A DNA stretch of 64,000 nt from Leptogorgia sarmentosa (lineage: Eukaryota): assembly GCA_964658305.1 (NCBI GenBank), contig OZ210885.1:20212001-20276000 (forward strand). The letters run 5' to 3'. Made by a program: the position numbers and the translations under genes. The notes below the pieces were generated by a model. It had not been told where the DNA came from. It did no database searches and was given only the letters and a program-made list of their open reading frames with translations. Below are positions 25,101 through 36,500 of the stretch, piece by piece (the first letter of the stretch is position 1; every line of letters begins with the position of its first letter).

Positions 25101-26941
25101 TGTCTGTCGATAAGTATGTTGTAACCTATTGTGCTTCAAGGTTATTTTTTAACGTTCGTAAATTTGTACAGTTTGTACATATCCAGCTCAAATGGCTACG
25201 CGCCATAAGCCAAAGACAAATCTATAGGTTCGGCTGTCATGAAAGTAGGTACAGAAATTTACAGAAGTTTCTCTTACTTTTTCTGGCAGAGCACAATCGA
25301 ATGCCAATGTTTCCATTATATATAAGCCGTGAATAATCCCCTTTCTTCGTTTAAATTGTGAATTTTCATTACATGTATATAGAAATGAATGTTTCCCACT
25401 GTGAGTCATCAATCTATATCACATGAAAAAAGCTCTATTGCATGCTTTTTTGCCTGCAAAAAGAACGTAAATAAAGCAAGGGGTCTATACTTGAATTAAC
25501 TAGCTAGTGGAAGTGCCAGTCTCTGAGCAATCACAGTTTAATGTTGTATTAATCTTTTTTGTTTAATTTTTATTTCTTGTAATCCAATCTTTCCTATAGA
25601 GAAGAAAACATTCAAGTCGGACCAACAGTCTTCACGTGCCCTTGCATCTTCATCTACCAATCTCCCTTCAACAACCACCGGTACTGTAATAACTACTTCG
25701 ACGTCCACTGTCCCTTCACCTATTTCCACTGACCATCCTGGAGTATCGATTGTACCTTCTTCAACATCCACTGTCGCTCCTCCAACATCCACCATCCTTC
25801 CTTCGATCTCTACCGTTCCTGCTTCAATACCTACTGACTTTCCACTATTCCCTCTCCCTCCGTCACTATCCACTGTTCGTCATTCGGCATCCATTGTCTC
25901 ACCTCTAATTCCCCCTGCTCCTCTGGCAGTATCCACTTCCCCTCCAACATTCGCCATCGCTCTTCCAACATCCACTGTTTCTCTTCCAATATCTAGTGGC
26001 CCTCGTTCAACATCCGCTGTTCCTTCTTCAATATCCACCATTCTTACTCCAGTATCCTGTCCCCAGATATCCACTCATGAAATAGCCACCACTGTCGCTC
26101 CTCCAACATCGATCGATCCTCAAGTGACCACCACTGTTTCTTCTCCGACCACAACTGTTGCTCATCCTTCGGCACTTGTACCTACAAGTCTAACTTCATC
26201 AGCTGATATGCCACCAGGTACTTGTTATTATTGTTTTTTCACACAATGTATGGTTGGTTGGCTATATCGTTCTTTAAAAATGATGTGATCATTAAAAGTA
26301 TTTGTAAACAACTAGAAATCTACAATATGATAGAAGAATAGAAGTACATGTAATTGTTTGAGTTGTCCCAAACTATAACAGCTACATCTTTCACACTCAA
26401 CGTTCATTCAACAACATTCTTTCACCTCATAGAAAAGGAAAAATAGCGTATGTCATGCAGTTGTACTGAGTCTAGTGTTAATAAGCTAGTATTGGTAGTA
26501 TAGCTAGTATAGGGCAATACAGAATTATTTTTTTATCGGATTTATCTGTTTTAGTTCTGGAGATATTTTGACTGAGAAATAAATTGTAACTGTTTATACT
26601 TACTGTATAAAGTGTAAAGTTCGTGCTGAAATTGTGTTAATTGCATTTGCAATGCTTCATTTTATACAGATGCTGTTGCGTTGTATGACGATGGGAAAAT
26701 TGTGGCAGTTGGTAATATCGTCGATCGTCCAACCTTACATGGTCACCTGGTTCCGGAAGGATGTTCTTGCATTCTGGTGTTGTGGGCGGAAGACAATTAT
26801 CCTGCCCCCCACCCCTTAGGGAGAAAGGATCTGAGGGAAAATACTTTCTTGCATAAGGATATGTTTTATGCTATACCAAGACAAGTGTTGAAACGATTTT
26901 TAAGACATCAGAATAGATATTTTCTTTCACCTTTGCAATAG
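22106..26941 (+). CDS. spliced accessory gene of the KDZ element, unknown function
   Basis: ATG|gtatga at 22106-22108; exon 22274-22453 (ASYPKRCSKC...RCRICK Zn ribbon); exon from 24883 (AKILNLRHDWDIVVMATHKH...FGT; 3' end uncertain); open S/T/P exon 25600-26217; last exon 26670-26941. Phases match at the junctions I could check. Confidence 0.7.
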
Positions 26942-26964
26942 ATGTCCTAGATATATGAAACGCT

Positions 26965-27123
26965 TAGTCAAAATACAAGAACCTTCCCACTTCCGTTTCT
27001 GTAATTTATTTATTATTTAGAATTTCATAATTTCATAGTTCATGTAATTTCAGAACTCGTTACTGTAATTATGAAATACAGATTTACAGAAACGGAAGTG
27101 GGACGGTTCTAGTATTTTGACTG
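26965..27123. mobile_element. ~160-bp foldback MITE
   Basis: agtcaaaatacaagaaccttcccacttccgtttctgtaa / ttacagaaacggaagtgggacggttctagtattttgact inverted arms. Confidence 0.8.
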
Positions 27124-27519
27124 TTATATCATTGTAGACAATTACCTTGACACTGATTGGCTTGAAGAACCGTGCGAATTCAACTACACAGGTGTTTAAT
27201 TGGGGTTTATTATTTACACGGTTCCGATGAATTTAAAATAACGCTAAAATTTTGGCTTTCGCAATTTGTTGTCAACTTTGAACAATGCAAATGTACTATA
27301 TATGTACTACAATGATAGAGGTTGTTTGCAATGGCGTGATTTCGGAATTTCAGTTGACGGGCAAGTAGAACAAAAGGCGACTATTTTAACTTTATAGTCG
27401 AGTTTAGAGAGAGTTTATTGCTCGAAAGACAGATAACATTTTAGTCTATCAAAATTGTCCACAAGTTTTCTATTTACCCGTCATTGGATGAAAAATCACG
27501 TGATTGCAAACAAGCTGTT

Positions 27520-28327
27520 GGGACCTTAAGATTCACGTTTACGGCAAAGTGCTAACCATAGTTACATAATGGAGTAAAAGGTTTGGAAATTCATTAGAAT
27601 AAGAATATAACTCATTATCTATGTTATTGTTCTGGTTTATTCAGAAATAAGGTTCTTCGTCGTCACGTGCGTACTGTATTCTTGTCTATCTAACCAATAG
27701 CAACGTTTTAGTAAAGTTAGGCATCCGCGACTTGAACAATAGGGTTATTCAAGAATTCCTATTGGTGGGTTTGACAAAAACACATTACACACGTGACGAT
27801 CAAGAACCATATTTTGGCATAATTTGGCATAAATGTTGACCAACATAGATAATGAGTTATATTCTTATTTTAATGAATTTCCAAACCTTCTACTCCATTA
27901 ACTATGACCTAACCTCAGATACTTCCTATGTAATAGAATCAAAATTATCAACTGTGAAATGTTCTAGCCATAAGATTTATTGAAAGGGTCTAAAGTGCCG
28001 CCCTTTGTATGACTACGGAAACCTTACCACTTAACTTCAACGCCTACGCTGCTTGAAGCTTCAGTTGACGTTTGACGTTTGCAGCTAAAGCTTTGTCAGC
28101 ATGTTTAGCCGTCCGATTGTAAACCGCTAACGTCAATAGCCACAAGTCAAAGTCAGGCCATGTGAGCAGAAAAATCAATGAACACCCACCACCAAGATTC
28201 TGTAGTCAAATAAAGTATTTTGTGCGTAAGGTAAAACTTTTTACGGTCAATGATTTTGTTTTTATCGCATACAAAGTATCTGGGCTTTTAGCCGTTTGAC
28301 GTAAACGTCAAGCGTAAGATCTTTATT
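27520..28327. mobile_element. Harbinger-type MITE containing a nested foldback
   Basis: gggaccttaagattcacgtttacg ... cgtaaacgtcaagcgtaagatcttt; left end matches the Harbinger 2 terminus at 14732. Confidence 0.6.
27567..27901. mobile_element. ~335-bp foldback MITE
   Basis: taatggagtaaaaggtttggaaattcattagaataagaatataactcattatctatgtt and its near-exact reverse complement ending at 27900. Confidence 0.85.
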
Positions 28328-28899
28328 AATGAAAAATTGCACTTGTTCTCGAAGTATTAATAAAAAATAGCACTTGTGTGTGCAATTTTTTATTAGTTGT
28401 TCTCAGTAGTACATATATGTTATATACAGAAATATATGTTAAATGTGACATTCCTGCATTGTACCTCTAAATAATTGATTTATATTGAAAATATGGAAGT
28501 TCGATATTTTGAACAATTCCAACTGTTTTTTTTTTATTTACCATCATTAAATTACAGTAGTCACATTATCATGAACTTATTTACATATACTTTGTGTCTA
28601 AAAAACAAAAGTATCAGAGTTTGACGGCTCCCGCATTCAAATAAGTTTTATATTATTAATATGTTATTATAAGAAAAGACTAGTTTGAATTTTGGTATAT
28701 GTGGTTTAAAAATTAGCGAAATCAACTAAAACGGCCTATGCATGTAATTCCTTTTATTCGAACCCGACCTGGTTTGGAAGCCTGTATTGTAATGGTCAAG
28801 CATTGTTAAAAGTAATTAAAATATGATTAGATATATTTCTGAGGATGTCTGCATTGTATTATATAGCTGTATTGCTATTGTTCTTGCTAAAAATTTGTA

Positions 28900-29399
28900 C
28901 AGGGTGTATCAAAAAAAGGTAAAGCCACTTTAGCGCGTTAGTGTTCATCAGTCAGTAAATACATTTTTTTTGAAATCATGACAGTCGTAATGATTAATGT
29001 TTGTATTGCTATATCGATGTTTTTACAAAATAACCAGGCTAGAAGGCGAGTGAAAGCTTTTTTGTAAAAAGTTTTGTAAACAGTTTTCTTGTGCGTGAAG
29101 TATTTTTTCGCTGGCGTTGAGCCTCACAGATTATCGGTTGACAGCTTTTCAATTTAGAATTGGGATTCACTTTCACTCTTTTGCACCTAATTCCCAATCG
29201 TGGAAAAATGCAATTTCGACCGCCAATTTTTATTCGATTCGTATGAAGTCGTATTTTCACAAACAGGGAAAAACTATGGTTCATAAGAAGCTAAAGGCTT
29301 AAATTTTCTTGTTATGAAAAAAATTCCATCCATAGACGTCATATATCTATAGCGCGCAATAAGATACCAAATTTGCATTAACTTTTTTTATGCACCCTG
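28900..29399. mobile_element. Tc1/mariner-type MITE (500 bp)
   Basis: TA|CAGGGTGtatcaaaaaaag ... ttttttatgCACCCTG|TA. Confidence 0.8.
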
Positions 29400-29549
29400 T
29401 ACATAGCAACCTATATTTATAGCGAAATTTATCCCCACTTGCGTAAACATGGTTACTTTTAATGAATTGTTCTGATATTTTGGAGTTATATGTATTTCAA
29501 TGATTTATAACGCTGTGCTAAATTTCTCTTCATAATTCGATTTCTGTAG

Positions 29550-29801
29550 AAAAACGGGTTGACTTTGTACCTCACAAGGTAGTAATGTATAGTTTTACTA
29601 CAGATAAGACATAAACCCACCCTGAATTTCGAATATTGAGAAAAACGGGGTGACTTTGTACCTCATTAGGTAGTAATATATAGTTTTACTCAAGATAAGA
29701 CATAAACCTACCCTGATTATTAAATATATTTATAAAACGGGGTGACTTTGTACCTCATTAGGTAGTAATACATAGTTTTACTCAAGATAAGACATAAACC
29801 C
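29550..29801. repeat. ~91-92-bp tandem repeat x ~3
   Basis: aaaacggg(t/g)tgactttgtacctc...gataagacataaacc starts at 29551, 29642 and 29734. Confidence 0.92.
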
Positions 29802-29811
29802 ATTTGCAATT

Positions 29812-31653
29812 TACACTTGCAATGAAACCGTGTCATGGTAAGCATATATTTGACAAATTCTCATATTTATTACGTATTTCTCACATATTCAACTATTTTG
29901 TGCGTTTTTGTACCATAACATGATAAAATGATGTACACTTGCAATAAAACTGTGTCATGGTATGCATATATTTGACAAATTCTCATATTTATTACGTATT
30001 TCTCACATATTCAACTATTTTGTGCGTTTTTGTACCATAACATGATAAAATGATGTACACTTGCAATAAAACTGTGTCATGGTATGCATATATTTGACAA
30101 ATTCTCATATTTATTACGTATTTCTCACATATTCAACTATTTTGTGCGTTTTTGTATCTGCGAACGCAGATACTATGCTATGATCTTTCAGCTGTTAGCT
30201 TCTAGCCAATCAGCGACGAGCTTTTGCTTATAATTACGTAATGCAAGATGGCGGCGTTCGAGGAGTGAAGGCGATGTTCGATCGGATTTTGGCGAAAATG
30301 TGAAGTGCAGTGTTTAAGTACGATGGTTTAAGCAAACAATCTTGACTTTGCAGGTCCGTGTCAATGTGCAGTTGTAATTTAACAAAGGATTTGAAACGGC
30401 AGCGTGCTGTTTTATCGGCCTTTCGATTTGTAAATTGAAAATGCGTACAGAGCACACTGTCCAGATGGCCGACCCATGAACGGTTTTGTCACAGCACGCT
30501 ATATAAAAACTGGATACATTCAGCTGAAGTAGCCTGTTCGCAGGTTAATCTAATCATATTCAAGATGGCAGTCAAAATTGAAATAAGGCCAAAACACGAT
30601 ATAATTAAATAATTTAATGACATTTACATGTAATATTAGGTAATCCCACGATATTCAGTATAAAGCCATAGTTTTATGCATATTGGAGGCACAAAGAAAG
30701 TTTTTTCCCAAGGAATTTGCTCGTATTTTTCACGAAAGAGTCGAAGGAGGAAGGTGAGAAATGCTGTATATGAGAACAGTCAACACTAACTAAACATCGC
30801 ATATTTAATAAGACAGCATGCTGACTTAGGAAATCTGTCTGAGTATAGTTCTAGGTTTAAATGTTTTGTGCGTTAGCTGTGGGGTTCGATTAGTTTCATA
30901 TTTAGGGTTAGCTTTAGTTTAGGTTCATTTATTGCTTGCAATTAAACCAATACTTTAGCGATAGATTTAAGCGCAACCTGGACTTTTTAGCATGTCCGAT
31001 TGCGCTTTCTGACGACTCATCCGTCAGTTCTGCTTCACCATTCGCAGATACATGTGCGCTTTGCGAACCTATTTTTGTACCATAACATGATAAAATGATG
31101 TACACTTGCAATAAAACTGTGTCATGGTAAGCATATATTTGACAAATTCTCATATTTATTACGTATTTCTCACTTATTCAACTATTTTGTGCGTTTTTGT
31201 ACCATAACATGATAAAATGATGTACACTTGCAATAAAACTGTGTCATGGTAAGCATATATTTGACAAATTCTCATATTTATTACGTATTTCTCACATATT
31301 CAACTATTTTGTGCGTTTTTGTACCATAACATGATAAAATGATGTACACTTGCAACAAAACTGTGTCATGGTAAGCATATATTTGACAAATTCTCATATT
31401 TATTACGTATTTCTCACATATTCAACTATTTTGTGCGTTTTTGTACCATAACATGATAAAATGATGTACACTTGCAACAAAACTGTGTCATGGTAAGCAT
31501 ATATTTGACAAATTCTCATATTTATTACGTATTTCTCACATATTCAACTATTTTGTGCGTTTTTGTACCACGACATGATAAAATGATGTACACTTGCAAT
31601 AAAACTGTGTCATGGTATGCATATATTTGACAAATTCTCATATTTATTACGTA
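29812..31653. repeat. 122-bp tandem array, ~7.5 near-identical copies, split by a 923-bp insertion
   Basis: Unit starts (tacacttgcaa) at 29812, 29934, 30056, 31101, 31223, 31345, 31467 and 31589. Confidence 0.97.
30154..31076 (+). mobile_element. non-autonomous Helentron-type (HINE/DINE-1-like) element
   Basis: 5' hairpin gtatctgcg-aa-cgcagatac, 11-bp subterminal IR ttcgcagatac at 31041-31051, 3' stem-loop, inserted in a T-run. Confidence 0.7.
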
Positions 31654-31670
31654 ATCTCGAAATATTTAAA

Positions 31671-31921
31671 TTTGTTTGGTATGCAAATAATACAACGTAT
31701 GACATCACACTGCATAATGGTTACCAAAGCCCATCATTAAGTTCGAAAGTGGTTAAAATAATCCACAAAGAAATACTGCCGTGTAGTGAATTATCATAGC
31801 TTAGGCACATAAAATGCAGCTTTGGTTATTTTATGTTGTTATGCGCTACAAAATAAGCAATCTCATGGAAATCATTATGCAGTGCGACGTCACACGTTGT
31901 ATTATTGGCATATAAAATAAA
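31671..31921. mobile_element. MITE with ~55-bp imperfect TIRs
   Basis: atgcaaataatacaacgtatgacatcacactgcataatg / cattatgcagtgcgacgtcacacgttgtattattggcat. Confidence 0.75.
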
Positions 31922-32271
31922 TCTACAAAAGAAGTTATATTGTCATTTTAAAAGATCCTTTTATGCAAACAACATAACGTTGTTCAAAATGTCATGTCAT
32001 AAACTACGCACTCTAAAGTAGTGCGAGGAACCCTTGATTATACCACCTTCCAAAAGCATTTTTAACCATGCATGAATTTTGTACGAACACAAGGAACACC
32101 TGCATGTACATGTCTAAATGTCTAAATATTGGGCTGAATTCTAGAAATTTGCCAGAGGAAATTATAGCTATTTAATAGATCCATTATCCACAGTGTAAGT
32201 ACAGCAAAAAGCTCCGTCTTATATTTCTTAAAAGCATGCAGAAACAAAGTTCGCCTTATATTATACAAATA

Positions 32272-32428
32272 GTGAATGTTTATGAGTGCAATGGTAAGAA
32301 TATTTTCATGAGGTGAAAGATGGAATGATCTATTCAACGAGGCGAGGCCGAGTTAAATGGAACATCCCATATTTCACCGAATGAAATTAAGAAAATATTC
32401 CTACCATTGCACAAATAAAAACATTCAT
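32272..32428. repeat. imperfect palindromic element centred on cgaggcgaggccgag
   Basis: gaatgttt...tgcaatggtaagaatattttc / gaaaatattcctaccattgca...aaacattc. Confidence 0.75.
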
Positions 32429-33520
32429 TATTTGTTTTATATAATAACATAATACCAAAATAGGCTATTCCTTTTCAAGTTGAAACCCACTGACCTTTTC
32501 AAAGTAATTTATTTATTGTTAAAGTTTTAATATACCCAGCACAAAGTTGAACCCACGAGTACAGAATTTCAGAATTTATGAAGCTCTCTTAAATTCCCCA
32601 GAACAGAAAATCGATCGTACTCTTTACCATTTAATTTATCTTTGCTCTTTTCTGGTACACCCTGTATAACATTACGTAGAAAGGGAATCGAACCCTTAAC
32701 AGGAAATTCATAAATTCGGTTCTTCCTGTTCTACCAAGACAACGTCGAAGGAAAATAATTAACGTCATAAAATATATAAACGTAGAAATAATGATATATT
32801 ACAATGTTTGTAAAAACTTGGCAACTCACTGACTTACGTGTTATCATTGTTGTCAGGACCGTAGCTAGAACGCTATTTGGAAGCTGTATGTTCATATAAT
32901 CATTTTATCTCAGAAGAAATTTGTCCGGTAGAACATGCAGCCATAAATGAGTATCCACGGTGTATAATATAAAAATAGGCTAATCTTTGAAATTGAAATT
33001 AGTCATGAAATATTATTGTGATCCGATTGGTTTGAACTCCATGGAGTTAATGACGCTTGAGTAGAAAATTTTTTGTTTTGAGGCTCGCTAAATGTTCGAG
33101 GCATTTATGCTTGTCAGATGAATTCAATACAATAACTAATTTGAATTTCAAAGACTAGTCTTTTTTATGCACCCTGTACACCCCCTTTCCATTCATTGTC
33201 TAGCTATATGACCCTGCATGATTCTTGTTAATTGTTATTCCAACCGTCTCAGTAAAACAATCATCGTACTGTCATCTTCAATGAAAATTACCACAATTAA
33301 CGTTTTTGTTTTTCGAAATATAGTAAATCACTCATTTCCCAGGAACTCAAGAATATATAGCTAATTGATGGTGCCTAACAAGCGAAACACACTTAATTTC
33401 CTCTGAATTGGAACCTAGCTACATAGCATCTTTATGTTACGCGAAGTGGAACATTCGAATGTTCCACATCCATAATGCGGGTCACATACACCCACTCACT
33501 CGCGTGGATTGTCGCTGGAT

Positions 33521-36500
33521 TTAGGCCTCCACCCACACTTCCTCTTCCTCCACCTCGATTTCCTCGTCCTCCCCGTCATCTTCTTCCTTCATTTCATCTT
33601 CATCCTTCATTTCATCTTCATCTTCAAGGATCGAAAGATCTAGCTCACCAATTGTACCCTCCGCGATGTGTTTAAAAAATATTGTTCCTTCTTTTAACCG
33701 CGTTTTGCTGACATAGATACCCGCTTTAATAAGAGCTCTTTCCCCATGCAATGCCTGTATGCTTGATTTCGTTGATTTGTATTTTCCCTAACAAATCAAG
33801 TGGAAACGTCAAATAATCGAATAATAAGCTTAAATTAATTTATTGAAAAAAAAATCAGCAATAGAAACAAAAACAAATACTACCGCCCATCACATATTAA
33901 ATACAGTATATTGTACGGAAACATGAACGGCGAGAACCAATACAAGAACAAAACGAAGAAACAGGAGAAAAAGAGACTGATAAATAGCTACATGTAGAAT
34001 GGTCAGATTATTGATCTACTCAACGTACCTCAATGCACCGTTCACAATCGGTCACGGAATCATTGAAATCATCAGTTCGCACATCATCTTAGCAAGAAAT
34101 TATAATTTATATGAGTTTGACAGAACTATTTCTGGCACTTTCTGGTACTATTTCTAAATTTGTATTAGTCTTATTCCTCGTTCTACACATTTTAATATAA
34201 ACATACCGTCCAGGGAATCTAAACGAGAGGAGAGATCTGGAATAACTTTATCTCGGTAATAACAAAGAAATCGGATCATTTCCTTCTCCAAAAGCAAAAT
34301 CTCCTCTTCCAGTCGTTTTCCAGTCAGGTATATCTCAACAGCCTTTCTCTTTGCTCGCAATGGCATTTTATCTAATAAAAGAAACATTAGACTACAGTAT
34401 AAACTATTTACAGTAGTTAATTTTGTTATAATATGATAACATTGAGTCGGACTATGCGAAAAAATACCATCATTATCTTCTCCATTTATCCATGGAAAAT
34501 GGTCATTTAGAGCCTGGTCAAAATTAAGGTGATCTTCTGTTTCACCCAACACGTTGTTCATCATGTTCATTTGCGTAACCAAATCTTCTAGTTTCTTTTT
34601 TTCGCTTGAGTTCTTACTGCGTAGCCTTGATCTCTGTTTAGAAGAATCTGCAAAGAGATGATATCAACAGCTGTATCAATACTAGAGACGCATTACATAC
34701 TGAGAAGGCTACCAGCCATTCTGAAAAATAAAACGCATTAGGTGATTATCGTGTAATAACTAATAATCACCCAAGGGCAGCCAATCAGCGTTAAGAATTC
34801 TGAATAATCACCAACTGTATGTAATTATACTAATACGGAATATTCATTTCGAAACAATAACACGTAGAATGTCACATATCTACCTGCCAAACGACTTATA
34901 TTCTTTACTCTCTGGGAAATGGAAAAACTCAGGATTTCAACTTCTTCGCGAACGTGCTTGCGTTTCTTAGAAGCCAAAAGTCGCAGTCCATCTTCAAAAG
35001 CTTTCGCCTTTTTCCTTTCACATCCACGAAAGCCCAAACGTGATTCCAGTTTCTCAACCAATCCTTTTTTCCTTTCAATTTCCTCCTGCTTTTGTAGTGC
35101 TTGCTTGAAAAGTGCATCATTTCCGGTAACGAGCGCAGTGCCTACACCATCACGAGCTTCTTCCACAAAAGGTTTGAGAGAATTCGCTTCAGCAATTTCA
35201 ATTGTGAGTTGATAATATTGCATCAAATCACTTTCGTCCTTGCTTACCACGTCTTCTCCAAATTGAATACCTGCAATCCGAAACAGGCAAATTAACTAAC
35301 ATCTATCTTGCTTAAAATATAACATGGTAAGAAAAGCTCTAGAAAATACAAACCAATGATTTCCAGTGGTTCGACGATCAGCCTGTTGATGAGTGCAAAA
35401 TACAAGCAAAGAGTAAAATTTACCTATGCCTCAGTTTCAATTGTGTTGTATTTTCTAGCTCAATTAACTTAACTATCCTTTGCTTTAGAGATGATGAAAC
35501 GCAATAGACTGTACAATGAATACATACGTCTTCCACATCTGACCATTGCTTTTCTCCAATTTTCTACGTGATCTCCTTCTAGCTGGTTAAGGCTACCAAT
35601 TGCATCCATTTCTTTCCTGAGTTCTTCTTTATTGGAATCCAACATTTTTTTAACCTAGAAAGATAGCCAATTGAATAGGAATTAAATTATAATGAAAATA
35701 CTACAGTAACAAAACTGTGAAAACTAAGTACTGTATACCTCAACATATCTCTTTGACAAGCTTAAATGGAGCTTTAGAACCTTTTGTTTGTTCCAGTACA
35801 TAACATGTTCTGTAAGTGCTTCATTGCGCCCTGCAAAATTTCAATAATAATATGAAAATTTTAGGATTACTAGGGTTAGTAGATATATCAACAAGCAACA
35901 AGGATCGTTCAAAACTCGTTCATTTTTTGTTTACACTTGTTTTTTATCAAATCCATCTGGTTGGTTGGTTTTTACTTTGTCACGTGTTGTTTTAATATAT
36001 TCACTTATATAAAACAAATGCGTTTTTCCCCCGACCTTACTACTAATTCCCGATGAAGGGCCTTCGCTCGAAACGTCGAAACTTTTTGTATCGTTTAGAT
36101 AGTGAGTAGAACTTTTGCTGCTTGTTGATATTCTGATGCGCTACCTACAATGGCGACGTTTGTAGTTTGTTAGTAGATCTAGTCGAAGTTTTACTAATAG
36201 CAAATATTTTTGTTATACATTTCAAGTTTTGTAGTTTGATCCTGCAAAACATCTGTATATATGTAATATATAATTTATATACAATTTATAATGAATACCT
36301 ATATGTAATATATAATTTATATACAATTTATAATGAATACCTGCAGCATTCATATACTTCGTCGTGGATCCAAGTCTTGATATGTAGCTGTTAATTTGCT
36401 CCACCTCCTCGCCTGTTGTATATGCACTACCTTCTTGCCACCGCCCACCCCATGTGACCTAAATGAAGAAGTATTGAAAAGCTTATAATCAGTATTGTAT

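Noticed and set aside
25538..26074. minus-strand Gly/Val/Asp-rich ORFs as genes
   Set aside because: Antisense shadows of the open S/T/P exon on the + strand.
30880..30930. telomeric repeat array
   Set aside because: Only one exact TTAGGG in a short degenerate tract inside a mobile element.
29550..31653. CRISPR-like array
   Set aside because: The 122-bp units are head-to-tail with no unique spacers; the 92-bp array has only three units with short AT-rich variable parts; eukaryotic context and no cas genes.
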